This document shows, piece by piece, positions 63,266 to 64,000 of a stretch of 64,000 nt of DNA. Position 1 is the first letter of the stretch, and the number at the start of each line of letters is the position of its first letter. A model generated the notes under the pieces. It was given only the letters and a program-made list of their open reading frames with translations, was not told the origin of the DNA and ran no database searches. Source of the DNA: the human T2T-CHM13v2.0 reference genome, Homo sapiens. The DNA lies in NCBI RefSeq assembly GCF_009914755.1, contig NC_060934.1; one strand, given 5' to 3'. A program made the translations under genes and the position numbers.

Positions 63266-64000
63266 CCAATAAGTTGTGATGTATAAGGCATGGATATATA
63301 GGCACAGCTAGAAACAAAGAGTTCCAAGAAAATATATTCATTCTGATAGCTGATGTATTTACTTGTGATGTTTCCTTGGTACAATATTACATGTGGTTTG
63401 GTGAAACAAATTTTTACAACGTTCACTCAGTGCTTCAGAAAGCTTACAAAAATTTTAGTACAGACTGATAGGCACAAACGCATTTTTCTACTTTTTGGTG
63501 CTACCAATTTTTCTCATATAAATGTGTGGTCGAACATCCCCTATTTAAAATGTAATTCTGTGCAGAAGAGTTACCGGCATCTGTTGCTGGTTTGGTAGAG
63601 AATTCACGTGCTCAGTAACCAAGAACCTTAATAACACTTTCTGGTAACATGAATTTGCCTACTTTGTTTCAGTGTCCAGTTTAATCTGTCGTTTTAAATG
63701 AAATTTTAAAAAAATTTTGCTTATGTTGTGATCAATGGAAGGAGACACAGTATTATTTACAACTATGGGTCTTATTATACAATAAGTTTTCACAGTTGTA
63801 AACATTTTATTGATACTAAAACAATAATACGTGTGATTAAAATAGAATGATGTGACTGCCATAATAGGCACACAATAAATATTTTATATGAATAATAAAT
63901 ATATATTTAAATAGCATATATCTTTATATATATAATTTCAAGGGCAATTATGTAATATAGGTACTATATAAATTAATTTGCATTCAGTGAAATATGTTTT

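Overview
Primate (almost certainly human) genomic DNA lying inside the minus-strand gene FRMD4A. The only confident coding sequence is a 66-nt minus-strand exon at 45941-46006 (MTEGRRCQVHLLDDRKLELLVQ, start of the FERM domain) with canonical splice sites; the supplied ORF track misses it. The rest is intron: about 45 Alus, MaLR/ERV LTRs, DNA-transposon fossils (including a three-level nest), L1/L2/L3/MIR fragments, microsatellites, and a full-length decayed processed NUTF2 pseudogene (57803-58644) antisense to the host gene. I found no new multi-gene system. The best leads are: (1) a 102-nt open, phase-0 candidate cassette exon with strong splice sites next to the retrocopy tail; (2) a candidate internal promoter/first exon with a GTAAGT donor and a perfect DR1 element; (3) three short, same-orientation local sequence copies 1.2-4.9 kb apart, two of them interrupting transposons. 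Repeat families and gene names come from recalled consensus/protein sequences, not from a search. Repeat boundaries are approximate.
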